Assembly (NCBI GenBank): GCA_035623825.1
Contig: DASPSR010000065.1
Location: 1-64,000, forward strand
Direction: 5' to 3'
DNA: 64,000 bases
Origin: Nitrospirota bacterium
GTDB lineage: Bacteria; Nitrospirota; UBA9217
The translations under genes were made by a program, and so were the position numbers. Shown here in pieces: positions 1 to 9,842 of the stretch. The stretch's first letter is position 1; each line of letters starts with the position of its first letter. Under the pieces are notes generated by a model, which worked only from the letters and a program-made list of their open reading frames with translations, did no database searches and was not told the origin of the DNA.

Positions 1-175
1 GGAGAGCTGCAACAACTGCAACTCTTACCTGAAACTGTTTTATCTGGCAAAAGACTCGAGGATGGAAGCAATGGCGGATGACCTTGCCACACTTGCGCTC
101 GACATGCTGATGGACAAAGAGGGCAAGATGCGCGGAGGACCGAACCTGTTTTTCCACCCCGGGATGCAGCGTTGA
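1..175 (+). CDS. fdhE: Formate dehydrogenase accessory protein FdhE, C-terminal part (5' truncated by the window)
   Basis: Frame 2 reads ESCNNCNSYLKLFY...AMADDLATLALDMLMDKEG...PNLFFHPG*, matching the FdhE C-terminal ExCxxCxxYLK...DDLAxLxLD pattern; not in the ORF track. Confidence 0.85.
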   Translation, partial: ESCNNCNSYLKLFYLAKDSRMEAMADDLATLALDMLMDKEGKMRGGPNLFFHPGMQR

Positions 176-328
176 CGAACGTGCTGCTCGCCGCGTAGAC
201 GAATCACCGGTGACATGGCTGCTCTACGCATGATGCTTCACAGGCTTGGACGTGCGCTTTCTTCCAGTACCTTACGTTATTGACTCAACCGGTGAATGCC
301 TGAATGAGCAGGAATTACGGAGTGAATT

Positions 329-1300
329 ATGTCCCTCATTAATTTTGAACCCCTCCTCCAGGAATCGGTAAAAATGCATGGACATCTCTGCCCGGGGCAG
401 GTACTCGGCGTCCGGATGTCCATGCTCGGCCTCCGGGAAATCGGAATTTCAGATCCGAAAGGAAGCGACCGGAAGAACCTCATCGTTTTCGTCGAGATGG
501 ATCGATGCGCCACGGACGCGGTCCAATCCGTCACCGGGTGCAGCCTGGGGAAGCGGAGCATGAAATACTTTGATTACGGCAAGATGGCCGCCACGTACGT
601 GAACCTGAAGATGAACAAGGCGGCGCGGATCGCCGCCAGGAGGGACTCATGCGAAAAAGCAAAAGATCTCTTCCCCGACATCGAGAACAAGTACATGGCG
701 CAGCTTGAAGCATACAAGGTCATGTCGGACAACGAGCTCTTCGATGTGATGGACGTTACCGTGAACGTAAGGCCCGAGGATATGCCGGGAAGGCCGACGC
801 GAAGAGTGCAGTGCGACTCTTGCGGTGAGCACGTTCAGGACATGAGGGAAATCTATCGGGACGGCAGGGTGCTCTGTGTTGCGTGCGCCGAGGGCGGCTA
901 TTACGAAGTAAAGAATACTTTTTTGCCGCGCGTTATGCAGGAAAACCATAACGGTCTGGCTATCAGGTCAAAGATATGGATCGAAATCGGCGGTGAACCG
1001 GTTTTCGGCCGGGGCAGGCGGTTTCTGCTGGAAGCCATAGACTCGTATGGTTCAATAAACCGGGCGGCGCAGGAAGTCGATATATCCTTCCGAAAGGCAT
1101 GGGGGCACATCAAGGTCATGGAGGACCGGCTTGGCGTGAAGCTGGTCGAGCGTCAGACCGGCGGAAGGAACGGAGGTGGCACCACGCTGACGGATGATGC
1201 CAGGAAATTCTTGAAGAAGTACGAGGCGCTTGAAAAGGGGATACAGGATCTTGTGGATAAGCGATTCAGAAGCATATTCAAGGGAGGTTCTCATGTGTGA
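329..1300 (+). CDS. FmdE-family protein with Zn-finger, fused to a C-terminal ModE-type winged-HTH domain
   Basis: N-term HGHLCPG...EMDRCATDAVQSVTGCSLGK (FmdE), then CDSCGE...CVAC Zn finger, then KIWIE..GEPVFGRGR..LLEAI...GSINRAA...SFRKAW...GGRNGGGTTLT (ModE N-terminal HTH). Confidence 0.85.
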   Translation: MSLINFEPLLQESVKMHGHLCPGQVLGVRMSMLGLREIGISDPKGSDRKNLIVFVEMDRCATDAVQSVTGCSLGKRSMKYFDYGKMAATYVNLKMNKAARIAARRDSCEKAKDLFPDIENKYMAQLEAYKVMSDNELFDVMDVTVNVRPEDMPGRPTRRVQCDSCGEHVQDMREIYRDGRVLCVACAEGGYYEVKNTFLPRVMQENHNGLAIRSKIWIEIGGEPVFGRGRRFLLEAIDSYGSINRAAQEVDISFRKAWGHIKVMEDRLGVKLVERQTGGRNGGGTTLTDDARKFLKKYEALEKGIQDLVDKRFRSIFKGGSHV

Positions 1301-2366
1301 TTTCCCACACGAGGAACGACAACGAGGCGCGAAGACGATACCCGTCCATCAGGCTGTAGGCACAGTGCTAGCCCATGATATTACTGAGATCCGGCCCGGA
1401 GAGTTCAAGGGACGTGCCTTTAAGAAAGGCCACATAATCCGGGAAGAGGATGTCTGCCACCTTCAGCGGCTCGGCAAGGAGCATCTCTTCGTGCTGCACA
1501 TTTCCGAAGACGAGATGCACGAGAACGACGCCGCGTATGCGATTGCCAACGCGCTCATGGGCAGCGGTGTGGCGATTGAAGACGAACCATATGAAGGCAA
1601 GATCAGCATCATTGCGGAACATGACGGGCTTTTGAAAATCGACAGAGAGACGCTTCTGGCATTCAATATGCCGGGCGAGGTGATGTGTGCAACGCTGCAT
1701 GATAATACAGTTGTGAAAAAAGGGCAGACCATCGCGGGTACGCGGGCAATTCCGTTAGTGGTGAAGAAAGACGTGATCGATCAGGTCGTGAGCATAGCGG
1801 AAGCGGCCCGTAATGCCCGGGGAACGGGCGTCATTGCCGTAAAGAAAATCAGCAAACCGCGAGCCGGCGTGGTCATAACGGGAAACGAAGTTTATCACGG
1901 AAGAGTCAAGGACGCATTCGCGCCGATCATTACGAAGAAGATCGAAGAGGTCGGCGGGGAGCTTGTCGGCGTTTATTATGCGCCAGACGATAAGGCGTTC
2001 ATCGTGGAGCGGCTCAAGGAACTGCTGAAGGCGGGAGCCGATCTTCTGATAACGACGGGCGGCATGTCGGTCGATCCTGATGATGTGACCCGGTTTGCCA
2101 TCGGGGAGCTAGGCGCAACGGACATAACATACGGGTCTGCAGTGCTGCCCGGCGCTATGTTTCTGATCGCCTCGATCAACGGAGCGACCGTTCTCGGCAT
2201 TCCCGCCTGCGGCATGTACGCGAAGGCAACTGTTTTCGACCTGGTTCTTCCCCGGGTGCTGGCCGGGGAAAAGGTCGGCAGGAGGGAGCTGGCAGAGCTG
2301 GGGCACGGCGGACTTTGCATGAAGTGCGGTGTGTGCCGATACCCGGTATGCCCGTTCGGGAAATAA
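1293..2366 (+). CDS. MoeA-like molybdopterin-binding protein with C-terminal Cys cluster
   Basis: AVGTVLAHDITEI, VITGNEV, TTGGMSVDPDD, GSAVLPGAM; C-term GGLCxxCxxCxYPxCPFGK; start overlaps the upstream stop. Confidence 0.85.
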   Translation: MCDFPHEERQRGAKTIPVHQAVGTVLAHDITEIRPGEFKGRAFKKGHIIREEDVCHLQRLGKEHLFVLHISEDEMHENDAAYAIANALMGSGVAIEDEPYEGKISIIAEHDGLLKIDRETLLAFNMPGEVMCATLHDNTVVKKGQTIAGTRAIPLVVKKDVIDQVVSIAEAARNARGTGVIAVKKISKPRAGVVITGNEVYHGRVKDAFAPIITKKIEEVGGELVGVYYAPDDKAFIVERLKELLKAGADLLITTGGMSVDPDDVTRFAIGELGATDITYGSAVLPGAMFLIASINGATVLGIPACGMYAKATVFDLVLPRVLAGEKVGRRELAELGHGGLCMKCGVCRYPVCPFGK

Positions 2367-2474
2367 CCGCTTGGATTTCTTGGTGAAAGCACTGCGGCGG
2401 AGCCTGCTCCGCATCAGTCTGAAGCTTGCAGCGCAGACGCAATGATATTATCAACTCAACCATAGGAGGACACC

Positions 2475-3368
2475 ATGAGTATCGACAGACGGGATTTTCT
2501 AAAGCTACTCGGCATGGGTGGTGCAGTTCTCGTTTTGGGGCAGCATGGCAGAGCGAATGCGACAGAGGCGGCTGGCGGCAAGGATGACTTTGTTTTCGTT
2601 CAGCTGTCGGACACGCACTGGGGATTCAACGACTCGAAGGCAAACCCCGATTTCGCGGGAACGTTGAAAAAAGCCATCGCGGCCGTCAACAGCATGAAAA
2701 CGCAGCCTGATTTCATCGTATTTACCGGCGATATAACGCATACGACCGACGACCCCGTGGAGCGAAGAAAACGCATGGCCGAAGCGCGCGATATCATCAG
2801 CGGCCTGAACAATAAGAACGTCAAGTTCATGGCGGGCGAGCATGATGCCGGGCTGGACAACGGCGAGGCGTTTCAGGAGTACTTCGGGAAGACCCACTAT
2901 ACCTTCGAACACAAGGGCGTGCATTTCATCGCCATTGACAACGTTTCCGACCCGACATCAAGCATCACGGACCCGCAGCTGCAGTGGCTGAGTGATGAAC
3001 TGAAAAAACTCGGCAAAGACTCGCGGATCGTGGTCTTGACGCACCGGCCCCTCTTTGATCTGTATCCGAATTGGGACTGGTGGACCCGCGACGGGGCAAA
3101 GGCCGTTGACCTCCTCATGCCTTACCAGAACGTAACCGTCCTGTATGGGCACATCCATCAGGAACATCACCACATGACAGGCCATATTCCCCATCACGCT
3201 GCCAAGGGCCTGATGTTCCCGTTGCCCGTGGCCGGTTCCGTACCGAAGCGAATACCGATCCCCTGGGATCCCGCCGAGCCCTATAAAGGCCTGGGATACC
3301 GAAGCGTCGATGCGAACGTTGAAAAAGCGGAATATGTGCTTACAGAATATCCCATAAAGAAAGGATAA
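2475..3368 (+). CDS. Tat-exported calcineurin-like metallophosphoesterase
   Basis: DRRDFLK Tat motif; SDTH, TGD, GEHD, THRP and GHIH motifs; AGGAGG RBS. Confidence 0.85.
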   Translation: MSIDRRDFLKLLGMGGAVLVLGQHGRANATEAAGGKDDFVFVQLSDTHWGFNDSKANPDFAGTLKKAIAAVNSMKTQPDFIVFTGDITHTTDDPVERRKRMAEARDIISGLNNKNVKFMAGEHDAGLDNGEAFQEYFGKTHYTFEHKGVHFIAIDNVSDPTSSITDPQLQWLSDELKKLGKDSRIVVLTHRPLFDLYPNWDWWTRDGAKAVDLLMPYQNVTVLYGHIHQEHHHMTGHIPHHAAKGLMFPLPVAGSVPKRIPIPWDPAEPYKGLGYRSVDANVEKAEYVLTEYPIKKG

Positions 3369-3372
3369 GATA

Positions 3373-3750
3373 ATGACATCGATAAATTATGCTCTCCGGC
3401 ACACCCTCATCATGATCACGGTGTTTACGCTGAGTTTGTCTGCCGCCGGCCTGTTCGCAGGGGATCAGCCGGATCAAGTAATAAAGATCACGGCAAAAAA
3501 GTTTGAATACTCTCCGAACGAGATCAAGATCAAGAAGGGCGTTCCGGTGGTACTGGAGTTTACTTCACTTGACCGGATACATGGATTCACGGTCCCCGAT
3601 CTGGGAGGGGTCCGGGCGACCATAGAGCCGGGAAAAGCCACAAGAGTAACCATCATTGCGCCAAAGGCCGGCACCTACGAATTTCACTGTGACATCTTCT
3701 GCGGAGATGGCCATGAAGGGATGACAGGTAAAATAATTGTAGAGGATTGA
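3373..3750 (+). CDS. Secreted cupredoxin with CuA-type motif (COX subunit II-like soluble domain)
   Basis: Signal peptide; HGF...CDIFCGDGHEGM (H...CxxxCxxxHxxM). Confidence 0.8.
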   Translation: MTSINYALRHTLIMITVFTLSLSAAGLFAGDQPDQVIKITAKKFEYSPNEIKIKKGVPVVLEFTSLDRIHGFTVPDLGGVRATIEPGKATRVTIIAPKAGTYEFHCDIFCGDGHEGMTGKIIVED

Positions 3751-4272
3751 ACCCGAGAAGGTTGTGACGCTGACAACCTGTCCTCGTGACATCCCCAAAG
3801 GACAAGTGCGCCAAAGTCAAATACACTGCTGACCACGCTGTCCGGCACCTTCACCCGCTCACGCGGGAATCAGAGGACGTGAAAGATTCCTCGCAGATCC
3901 CGGACCTCGACATCGAAGCCGATGCCGTGCGCGATCATATGATCAGGCTCACGGCGTCGGCCGAGGCTTGCTCCGCGGCCAGCTAGCATATTATTCTTCC
4001 GGCTCCAGTTACTTCACGCAGTGCATTGTTTCCTGCATGGAAGAATTTCCGCATTGACCCCCACTCCCGTAAAACTGCAATAAACCTCCGTTCAAGGCAA
4101 TGGAAAGAAGGAGATATTCATTCTGCTCTTGTTCAGCGTTCAGATGGACTTCAAAGCAGATCCGATTCCTCTTGCCGATTGTGTCAGATTACCGGCTGGC
4201 ATCTGGATACGGTTCAGTTTTATGATATGCTTTTATGAGGAGCACTGGCAAGAATGTAGGTGGCGGAGACGC

Positions 4273-4992
4273 ATGTCGCGAAAAATCCTTATAATCGAAG
4301 ACGACAGAGACATCGCCGATCTTTTGAAGCTCCATCTGAAGGATGCGGGATACGAAGTAAGCCTGGCGTATGAGGGCGGTGCAGGCCTTGATCAGGCCCT
4401 CTCGAAGCCCCATGACCTCATCATACTTGACCTCATGCTCCCGGGTGTGGACGGGCTGGAGATCTGCCGGCGCGTGAGGGCCGCATCGGCTTACACGCTC
4501 ATCCTCATGCTTACGGCCAAATCTACCGAGCTTGACCGCGTCCTCGGCCTTGAGATCGGTGCTGACGATTATCTGACCAAGCCATTCAGCATCCGGGAGC
4601 TTCTGGCCCGGGTCAAAGCCCTGTTCCGCCGCGAGGAAGCGCTCAAGTCGGAATCATCGCTCGAATTGCAGAAAGTGATCAGGGCAGGCGCCCTCGAAAT
4701 CGACGTGGAAAAACGGAGGGTAGCGCTCAAGGGTACACAAGTGACTTTGACGGCCAAAGAGTTCGATCTCCTGCTCCATTTTGCGAGACACCCCGGCCGG
4801 GTCTATACCCGTATGGAGCTGTTGAACCTCGTGTGGGGGTACGGGTATGAGGGTTACGAACACACGGTCAATTCCCACATCAACCGTCTCAGGGCAAAAA
4901 TAGAAGAAAACTCAGCCCGGCCCCGCTACATTTTAAGTGTCCGGGGGATCGGCTATAAGTTCTCTGACTCGGAAGATTTCGAAAAGGAGTAG
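4273..4992 (+). CDS. OmpR-family response regulator
   Basis: ILIIEDD, DLMLP, GADDYLTKPF, LTAKEFDLL, TVNSHINRLR, VRGIGY. Confidence 0.95.
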   Translation: MSRKILIIEDDRDIADLLKLHLKDAGYEVSLAYEGGAGLDQALSKPHDLIILDLMLPGVDGLEICRRVRAASAYTLILMLTAKSTELDRVLGLEIGADDYLTKPFSIRELLARVKALFRREEALKSESSLELQKVIRAGALEIDVEKRRVALKGTQVTLTAKEFDLLLHFARHPGRVYTRMELLNLVWGYGYEGYEHTVNSHINRLRAKIEENSARPRYILSVRGIGYKFSDSEDFEKE

Positions 4993-4996
4993 CATC

Positions 4997-6481
4997 ATGT
5001 TCAAGAACCTTTATGCCAGGCTGGCCGCCGTGCTGCTCGGGCTTTTCTTGCTGATGGGCGTGCTGTACATCCTGCTGACGCTCTACACCACCCGTCTTTA
5101 TTTCGAGGAAGTGAACCAGAAGATCAACCGCATCCTGGCGCAGCATCTGGTCTCGGAAAAGATCCTGATAAAGGACGGCAGGGTCGATGAACACGCGCTG
5201 GAGAATATTTTCCATATGCTGATGATCGTCAATCCCGTCATCGAGGTCTATCTCCTCGACCCGAACGGGAACATCGTGGCATTCTCCGCGCCTCCCGGGA
5301 GGGTGAAAAGGCAGTTCGTGTCGCTGGAGCCCGTGAAACGGCTGCTGACCGGGACATCCCCCCTACCCATCCTGGGTGATGATCCGCGCGACCTCAGACA
5401 GAAAAAAATATTCTCCGTTGCGCCCATCACGCTGAACGGCCGCACCGAAGGCTATCTCTATATCATCCTGGGCGGCGAAGAATTTGAAACAGAGGCACAG
5501 GTGCTCCAGAGCAGTTACATCCTCCGGCTCAGCATGTGGGCCGCGGCAGGAGGCCTGCTCTTCGCACTGCTGACTGCGCTGCTTCTGTTCAACAGGATGA
5601 CGCGACCGCTCCGGCAGCTTACCGCGGCGATTGAGGCGTTCCGGCAAAGTGACTTTTCGGAACCCGCTTTTTTCTCGCGCCGTTTTCGCGTTGGTTCGAA
5701 AAATGAAATCGACAGGATCGGCACAATCTTCACGCAAATGGCCGATCGCATCGTACTCCAGATCAGGGAACTGAGAGCGGCAGATGCGCGCCGGCGGGAA
5801 TTCATCGCCAATATCACTCACGACCTCCGGACGCCCCTGACATCTCTCCAGGGCTACCTCGAGACCCTGCTCCTGAAGGAAGGAGCATCGACTGCTGAGG
5901 AACAGCGGAACTATCTTATGATCGCAATCAAACGCGCCGACCAGCTGGCGAAGCTGGTCGCCGAACTCTTCGAACTCGCCAAGCTGGATGCGCCGGACGT
6001 CCAGGTCCGCTTCGAACCGTTCTCGCTGAGTGAGCTCGTTCAGGATATTCTGCAGAAGTTCCAGCTCTCTGCCGAGAAGCAAAAGATAAAGCTCCGGATG
6101 GACATCGTAGAAAATCTTCCCTTGGTTTTCGCTGATATAGGGCTTTGCGAACGGGCGATAGAAAATCTCGTCGAAAACGCCCTGCGATATACGCCGGAGA
6201 ACGGCTCCATCAGCATCAATGCCGTTCCCGACAACGAACGGATAGCAGTGCACGTTTCGGATACTGGCTCCGGCATCCGGCCTGAAGACATCCCCCATCT
6301 GTTCGATCGCTTCTATCGAAGGGACCGAAGCAGTCAGGACAGTAACTCGGGTTCAGGGCTTGGCCTGGCCATCACTAAGCGAATCCTTGAACTCCACGGT
6401 AGCGATCTTAAGGTCAAAAGCACGGTCAATGCAGGCACCACTTTTACTTTCAGCCTGCCTGTCTCTAGGACCCGGCCATGA
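4997..6481 (+). CDS. Membrane sensor histidine kinase (periplasmic domain, HAMP, HisKA, HATPase)
   Basis: Two TM helices; THDLRTPL H-box; ENALRY, DTGSG and GSGLGL boxes. Confidence 0.95.
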   Translation: MFKNLYARLAAVLLGLFLLMGVLYILLTLYTTRLYFEEVNQKINRILAQHLVSEKILIKDGRVDEHALENIFHMLMIVNPVIEVYLLDPNGNIVAFSAPPGRVKRQFVSLEPVKRLLTGTSPLPILGDDPRDLRQKKIFSVAPITLNGRTEGYLYIILGGEEFETEAQVLQSSYILRLSMWAAAGGLLFALLTALLLFNRMTRPLRQLTAAIEAFRQSDFSEPAFFSRRFRVGSKNEIDRIGTIFTQMADRIVLQIRELRAADARRREFIANITHDLRTPLTSLQGYLETLLLKEGASTAEEQRNYLMIAIKRADQLAKLVAELFELAKLDAPDVQVRFEPFSLSELVQDILQKFQLSAEKQKIKLRMDIVENLPLVFADIGLCERAIENLVENALRYTPENGSISINAVPDNERIAVHVSDTGSGIRPEDIPHLFDRFYRRDRSSQDSNSGSGLGLAITKRILELHGSDLKVKSTVNAGTTFTFSLPVSRTRP

Positions 6482-6528
6482 CATCATGATCGTGCCCAAG
6501 AGATTCAGCCTTTAGTCCTAATCTTTTT

Positions 6529-6583
6529 CGTGACCATCACTTTATCCCTCCGTGACGATTCCGTGACCCTGGTGAGCTATTCT
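6529..6583 (+). promoter_or_regulatory. Phased CGTGAC direct repeats upstream of msrAB (putative OmpR-family binding site) followed by a -10-like TATTCT
   Basis: CGTGAC at 6529, 6551 and 6562 (spacings 22 and 11 bp); TATTCT at 6578-6583. Confidence 0.5.
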
Positions 6584-6674
6584 TCATTCAGACAGCTGAT
6601 AGAGGCGTGTGCTGCCGTAGAATAAAAAAGAGCTGTTTATAAGTTATAATATTAAGTAGAAAGAGAGGTTTAGC

Positions 6675-7757
6675 ATGTTTGGAAAACTCATCATAGGAAC
6701 GCTGTTTGTTCTGCCGCTCATGGTTACAGGGGTAAACGCAGGTGATGCCCCGCATGTTGAAAAGGCGATCTTTGCAGGCGGTTGTTTCTGGTGCATGGTA
6801 CCGCCTTTCGAGAAGCTGGATGGGGTGAAAGAGGTCATTTCCGGCTACACCGGCGGTCATAAGGCAGATCCCACGTATGAAGAAGTGTCTTCGGGGACGA
6901 CCGGCCATGTGGAGGCTGTGGAGGTCATCTATGACCCCGCAAAAGTGACCTACGGGAAGCTCCTGGACGTATTTTGGAGGCAGATCAACCCCACAGATGC
7001 CGGAGGTCAATTTGTGGACCGCGGATCATCGTACAAGTCTGCCGTCTTTTATAACAATGAAGAGCAGAAGAGACTAGCTGAAAAATCTAAAAAAGATCTT
7101 GAGCTGTCGGGCCGTCTCGATAAACCGATAGTCACCGAGATCCGTCCTGCCGGGCCTTTCTACCGCGCCGAGGAATACCACCAGGACTATTGGAAGAAAA
7201 ACCCGATCCGGTATAAGTTCTACCGCTACAATTCAGGACGCGACCAGTATCTGGCAAAGATCTGGGGAAAGGATGATGCGATGCTTACGGGAAAGACCAT
7301 GGACTCTGATGCGGGCGTCTCTGTGAAGCCGTCCAAAGATGAATTGAAAAAAAGGCTGACTCCCATGCAGTTCAAGGTAACGCAGGAAAACGGCACGGAG
7401 CCGGCCTTCCATAACGAATACTGGGACAATAAAAAGGCGGGCATCTATGTCGATATCGTTTCAGGCGAGCCTCTGTTCAGCTCCCTGGACAAGTACGAAT
7501 CAGGCACGGGATGGCCGAGCTTCACCAAGCCCCTCGAGCCTGGCAACATCGTTGAGAAAGAGGATCGGAGCTGGTTCTCCGTACGGACCGAGGTAAGAAG
7601 CAAGCACGGCGACTCGCACCTCGGGCATGTGTTCGACGACGGCCCCCAGCCCACTGGTCTGCGCTACTGCATGAATTCGGCAGCGCTTCGGTTCATCCCG
7701 AAGGAGGACCTGGTGAAGGACGGGTATGGGAAGTTTGTGAAGCTCTTCGAGAAGTAG
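6675..7757 (+). CDS. msrAB: Periplasmic bifunctional peptide methionine sulfoxide reductase MsrAB
   Basis: Signal peptide; GGCFWC and AEEYHQDY (MsrA); GWPSF, HLGHVF and RYCMNS (MsrB). Confidence 0.95.
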   Translation: MFGKLIIGTLFVLPLMVTGVNAGDAPHVEKAIFAGGCFWCMVPPFEKLDGVKEVISGYTGGHKADPTYEEVSSGTTGHVEAVEVIYDPAKVTYGKLLDVFWRQINPTDAGGQFVDRGSSYKSAVFYNNEEQKRLAEKSKKDLELSGRLDKPIVTEIRPAGPFYRAEEYHQDYWKKNPIRYKFYRYNSGRDQYLAKIWGKDDAMLTGKTMDSDAGVSVKPSKDELKKRLTPMQFKVTQENGTEPAFHNEYWDNKKAGIYVDIVSGEPLFSSLDKYESGTGWPSFTKPLEPGNIVEKEDRSWFSVRTEVRSKHGDSHLGHVFDDGPQPTGLRYCMNSAALRFIPKEDLVKDGYGKFVKLFEK

Positions 7758-7806
7758 GCTCCACAAGCGAGGGCCGAGTCCTTGTTTGCATCACGTCCGG
7801 GCAAAA

Positions 7807-7840
7807 GAACGAGTCCCTTCATCAAAGAAGGGACTCGTTC
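7807..7840. terminator. Hairpin between convergent msrAB and nrfA (probably a bidirectional terminator)
   Basis: Perfect 14-bp inverted repeat GAACGAGTCCCTTC-atcaaa-GAAGGGACTCGTTC with A/T-rich flanks. Confidence 0.7.
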
Positions 7841-7873
7841 GGTTTCACGGTGATCCGGCACCTGAATGCTGCC

Positions 7874-9340
7874 CTACATCCTGTACTGGACTCCAGAGGG
7901 ATCCTTGAACTCGAACGCCGGGTTGCCCTTCAGCTTCTTCTCGCCCCGGCTGTCCAGATATTTATGCAGTTCGAGGTCGACCTTCACAGGCACATCAACA
8001 CCTGCCTTCGCCAGCGCCTGCCTCAGGACCCCTTCCGCCTTCATTGCAAAGGCTGTCGCATCGCCCAAGATCCTCATCGACTCCGTCGGGTTATGGAAAC
8101 CAACGGAATTCTCAGCACCTACGAACACACAGCGATAGAACGCCTCTTCATAGTAGTCCTTGGCCTTGTTGTAGAGGGTCATATCGATCTTCTTTCCTGA
8201 CTCCTGGGCCTTGTTCGCCATCTCGAACAGCTTCGCCGCCGTCGCCGTTGCGTAGCCGGACCGAACCATCATCGACACGGTCCTGTCCTGTATCGCGATC
8301 ACCTGGTCTCTCAACCACTCGGCGCTCTCAGTATGGCACTGCATGCAGGGCTTCATGTCGTTCTTGAGCGGGCTCATGATCCGGTGATTGGAAACCTTGT
8401 TGACGCCTACTTTGGTGTAGGGCATGTGGCAGTCCGCGCATGAGGCCCCGGCCTTCCAGTGAACGCTGTTGTTGGTCAGCATTTCGAACTCAGGGTGTCG
8501 GATGAACGCCAGCTTGAACCCCGTCACGCTCTGTTTCCATTCCGCATAGGATGGGTCGCTCCGAAGCTTCTGGATGATGTTCTCGATCGTGATACCCCCC
8601 CATTTGCTTCCCTGCCAGGGGAAGAAAAGGCCGACGGAGTGCATGTCCTGGTCCTTCGGGATGCTGTAGGTGACGTGGCACTGGGCGCAGATGACGCTCC
8701 TCATCTCCTGTCTCGTGAGCTTTTGCGGGTCGACGCCCATGTCTTTGAGTGCCGCTATCAGCGTAAATCCCCGCGATATCTTGAGCGACATGTCCTTGTT
8801 GTCATGGCAGTCTACGCAGGCAACGCCGAGCGTCCGGTGTTTTTCCGGGATCTGGGCGAGTACTTCCTTGTACGGCGTCTTGTAATAATTCACGGCCATA
8901 TCATTCTGGAGCTTGGGTGCGTAAGGGGTCTTGCATGAGAGGCAGACCCCGCCTGCCTTCACCCTTGCGGGATCCACATCGAGCTGGTCGCGTAACATGA
9001 ACATGTGCCCCCGCGGCTCGTTGTATTCGATCCCGAACCCCCATCCGTTGAACAGGAGCGCCATGTAGGGAAATTCCGACAGTTTGTCATAGGTGATCCT
9101 GTCCGCGTCAAATCCCTTTTTGTACTTGCTCTTTCCCGCTGGCGTCGGCTCCTCGGTCTTCTTCCACAGTTCATACTCGGTGGGGTAAGCCTTGCCCCAG
9201 GCCCCGGGATCGATCTCCCCATCCGAGATCTTCACGGGCCTGACCTGCTCGCTTTTCGGAGACGAGCAGGCGTATGCGAACAGCACGACCGCCGCGCTCG
9301 CCAAGAGCACAATCAAGGTTATGTAGTTTCTTTTTTTCAT
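7874..9340 (-). CDS. nrfA: Pentaheme ammonia-forming cytochrome c nitrite reductase NrfA
   Basis: YNEPRGH; CLSCK active-site heme plus CVDCH, CAQCH, CADCH, CMQCH; AENSVGFHNP; lipoprotein-like signal. Confidence 0.95.
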   Translation of the reverse strand: MKKRNYITLIVLLASAAVVLFAYACSSPKSEQVRPVKISDGEIDPGAWGKAYPTEYELWKKTEEPTPAGKSKYKKGFDADRITYDKLSEFPYMALLFNGWGFGIEYNEPRGHMFMLRDQLDVDPARVKAGGVCLSCKTPYAPKLQNDMAVNYYKTPYKEVLAQIPEKHRTLGVACVDCHDNKDMSLKISRGFTLIAALKDMGVDPQKLTRQEMRSVICAQCHVTYSIPKDQDMHSVGLFFPWQGSKWGGITIENIIQKLRSDPSYAEWKQSVTGFKLAFIRHPEFEMLTNNSVHWKAGASCADCHMPYTKVGVNKVSNHRIMSPLKNDMKPCMQCHTESAEWLRDQVIAIQDRTVSMMVRSGYATATAAKLFEMANKAQESGKKIDMTLYNKAKDYYEEAFYRCVFVGAENSVGFHNPTESMRILGDATAFAMKAEGVLRQALAKAGVDVPVKVDLELHKYLDSRGEKKLKGNPAFEFKDPSGVQYRM

Positions 9341-9380
9341 CTCTCCCTCCTGTGGATTCATTGTTTCTCTTCCCGAAATC

Positions 9381-9842
9381 TCATACGGTTTCGATCGATC
9401 CGCTCCGCCTGTGCATTATTCTCCGGTGGCATTCCCAGCATTTCCGGTCAGGGTTGATGTATTCCACAGTTGCCTGATGGCATCTGATGCAGTTCGCCTG
9501 GAGCACCTCAGCTCCGTGGGAAGTCAGCTCGATATGTTCCGGCACCCTGCCGGAATAGAAGAACAACACATCCTTCAAACCGTCAATCGACTTCCATATA
9601 TAGTGTATTGCCAAATTATCGTTCGGCAGGTGGCAATCCACGCAGAGCTTTCTCCTGTGCGCTCCCTCATGTGACCATGAATCGAACTCCGATTCCATTA
9701 CATGGCAACCGGAGCAAAAGCCTGGAGACTCTGACTTGGCAAGCAGTTTCGGCGGACCATGCAGCAGGAAAAGGACCACGGCAACAGTGGCTAGCGCGGC
9801 AATGATAAGGATTTTGACCATTTTGGATCTGGTTTTATCCAT
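9381..9842 (-). CDS. nrfH: Tetraheme quinol dehydrogenase NrfH (NapC/NirT family)
   Basis: N-terminal TM helix; CSGCH, CVDCH, CIRCH, CWECH; directly upstream of nrfA. Confidence 0.93.
   Translation of the reverse strand: MDKTRSKMVKILIIAALATVAVVLFLLHGPPKLLAKSESPGFCSGCHVMESEFDSWSHEGAHRRKLCVDCHLPNDNLAIHYIWKSIDGLKDVLFFYSGRVPEHIELTSHGAEVLQANCIRCHQATVEYINPDRKCWECHRRIMHRRSGSIETV

Noticed and set aside
3786-4238. Short ORFs between the cupredoxin and the response regulator
   Set aside because: No recognisable motif or convincing RBS; may be decayed sequence
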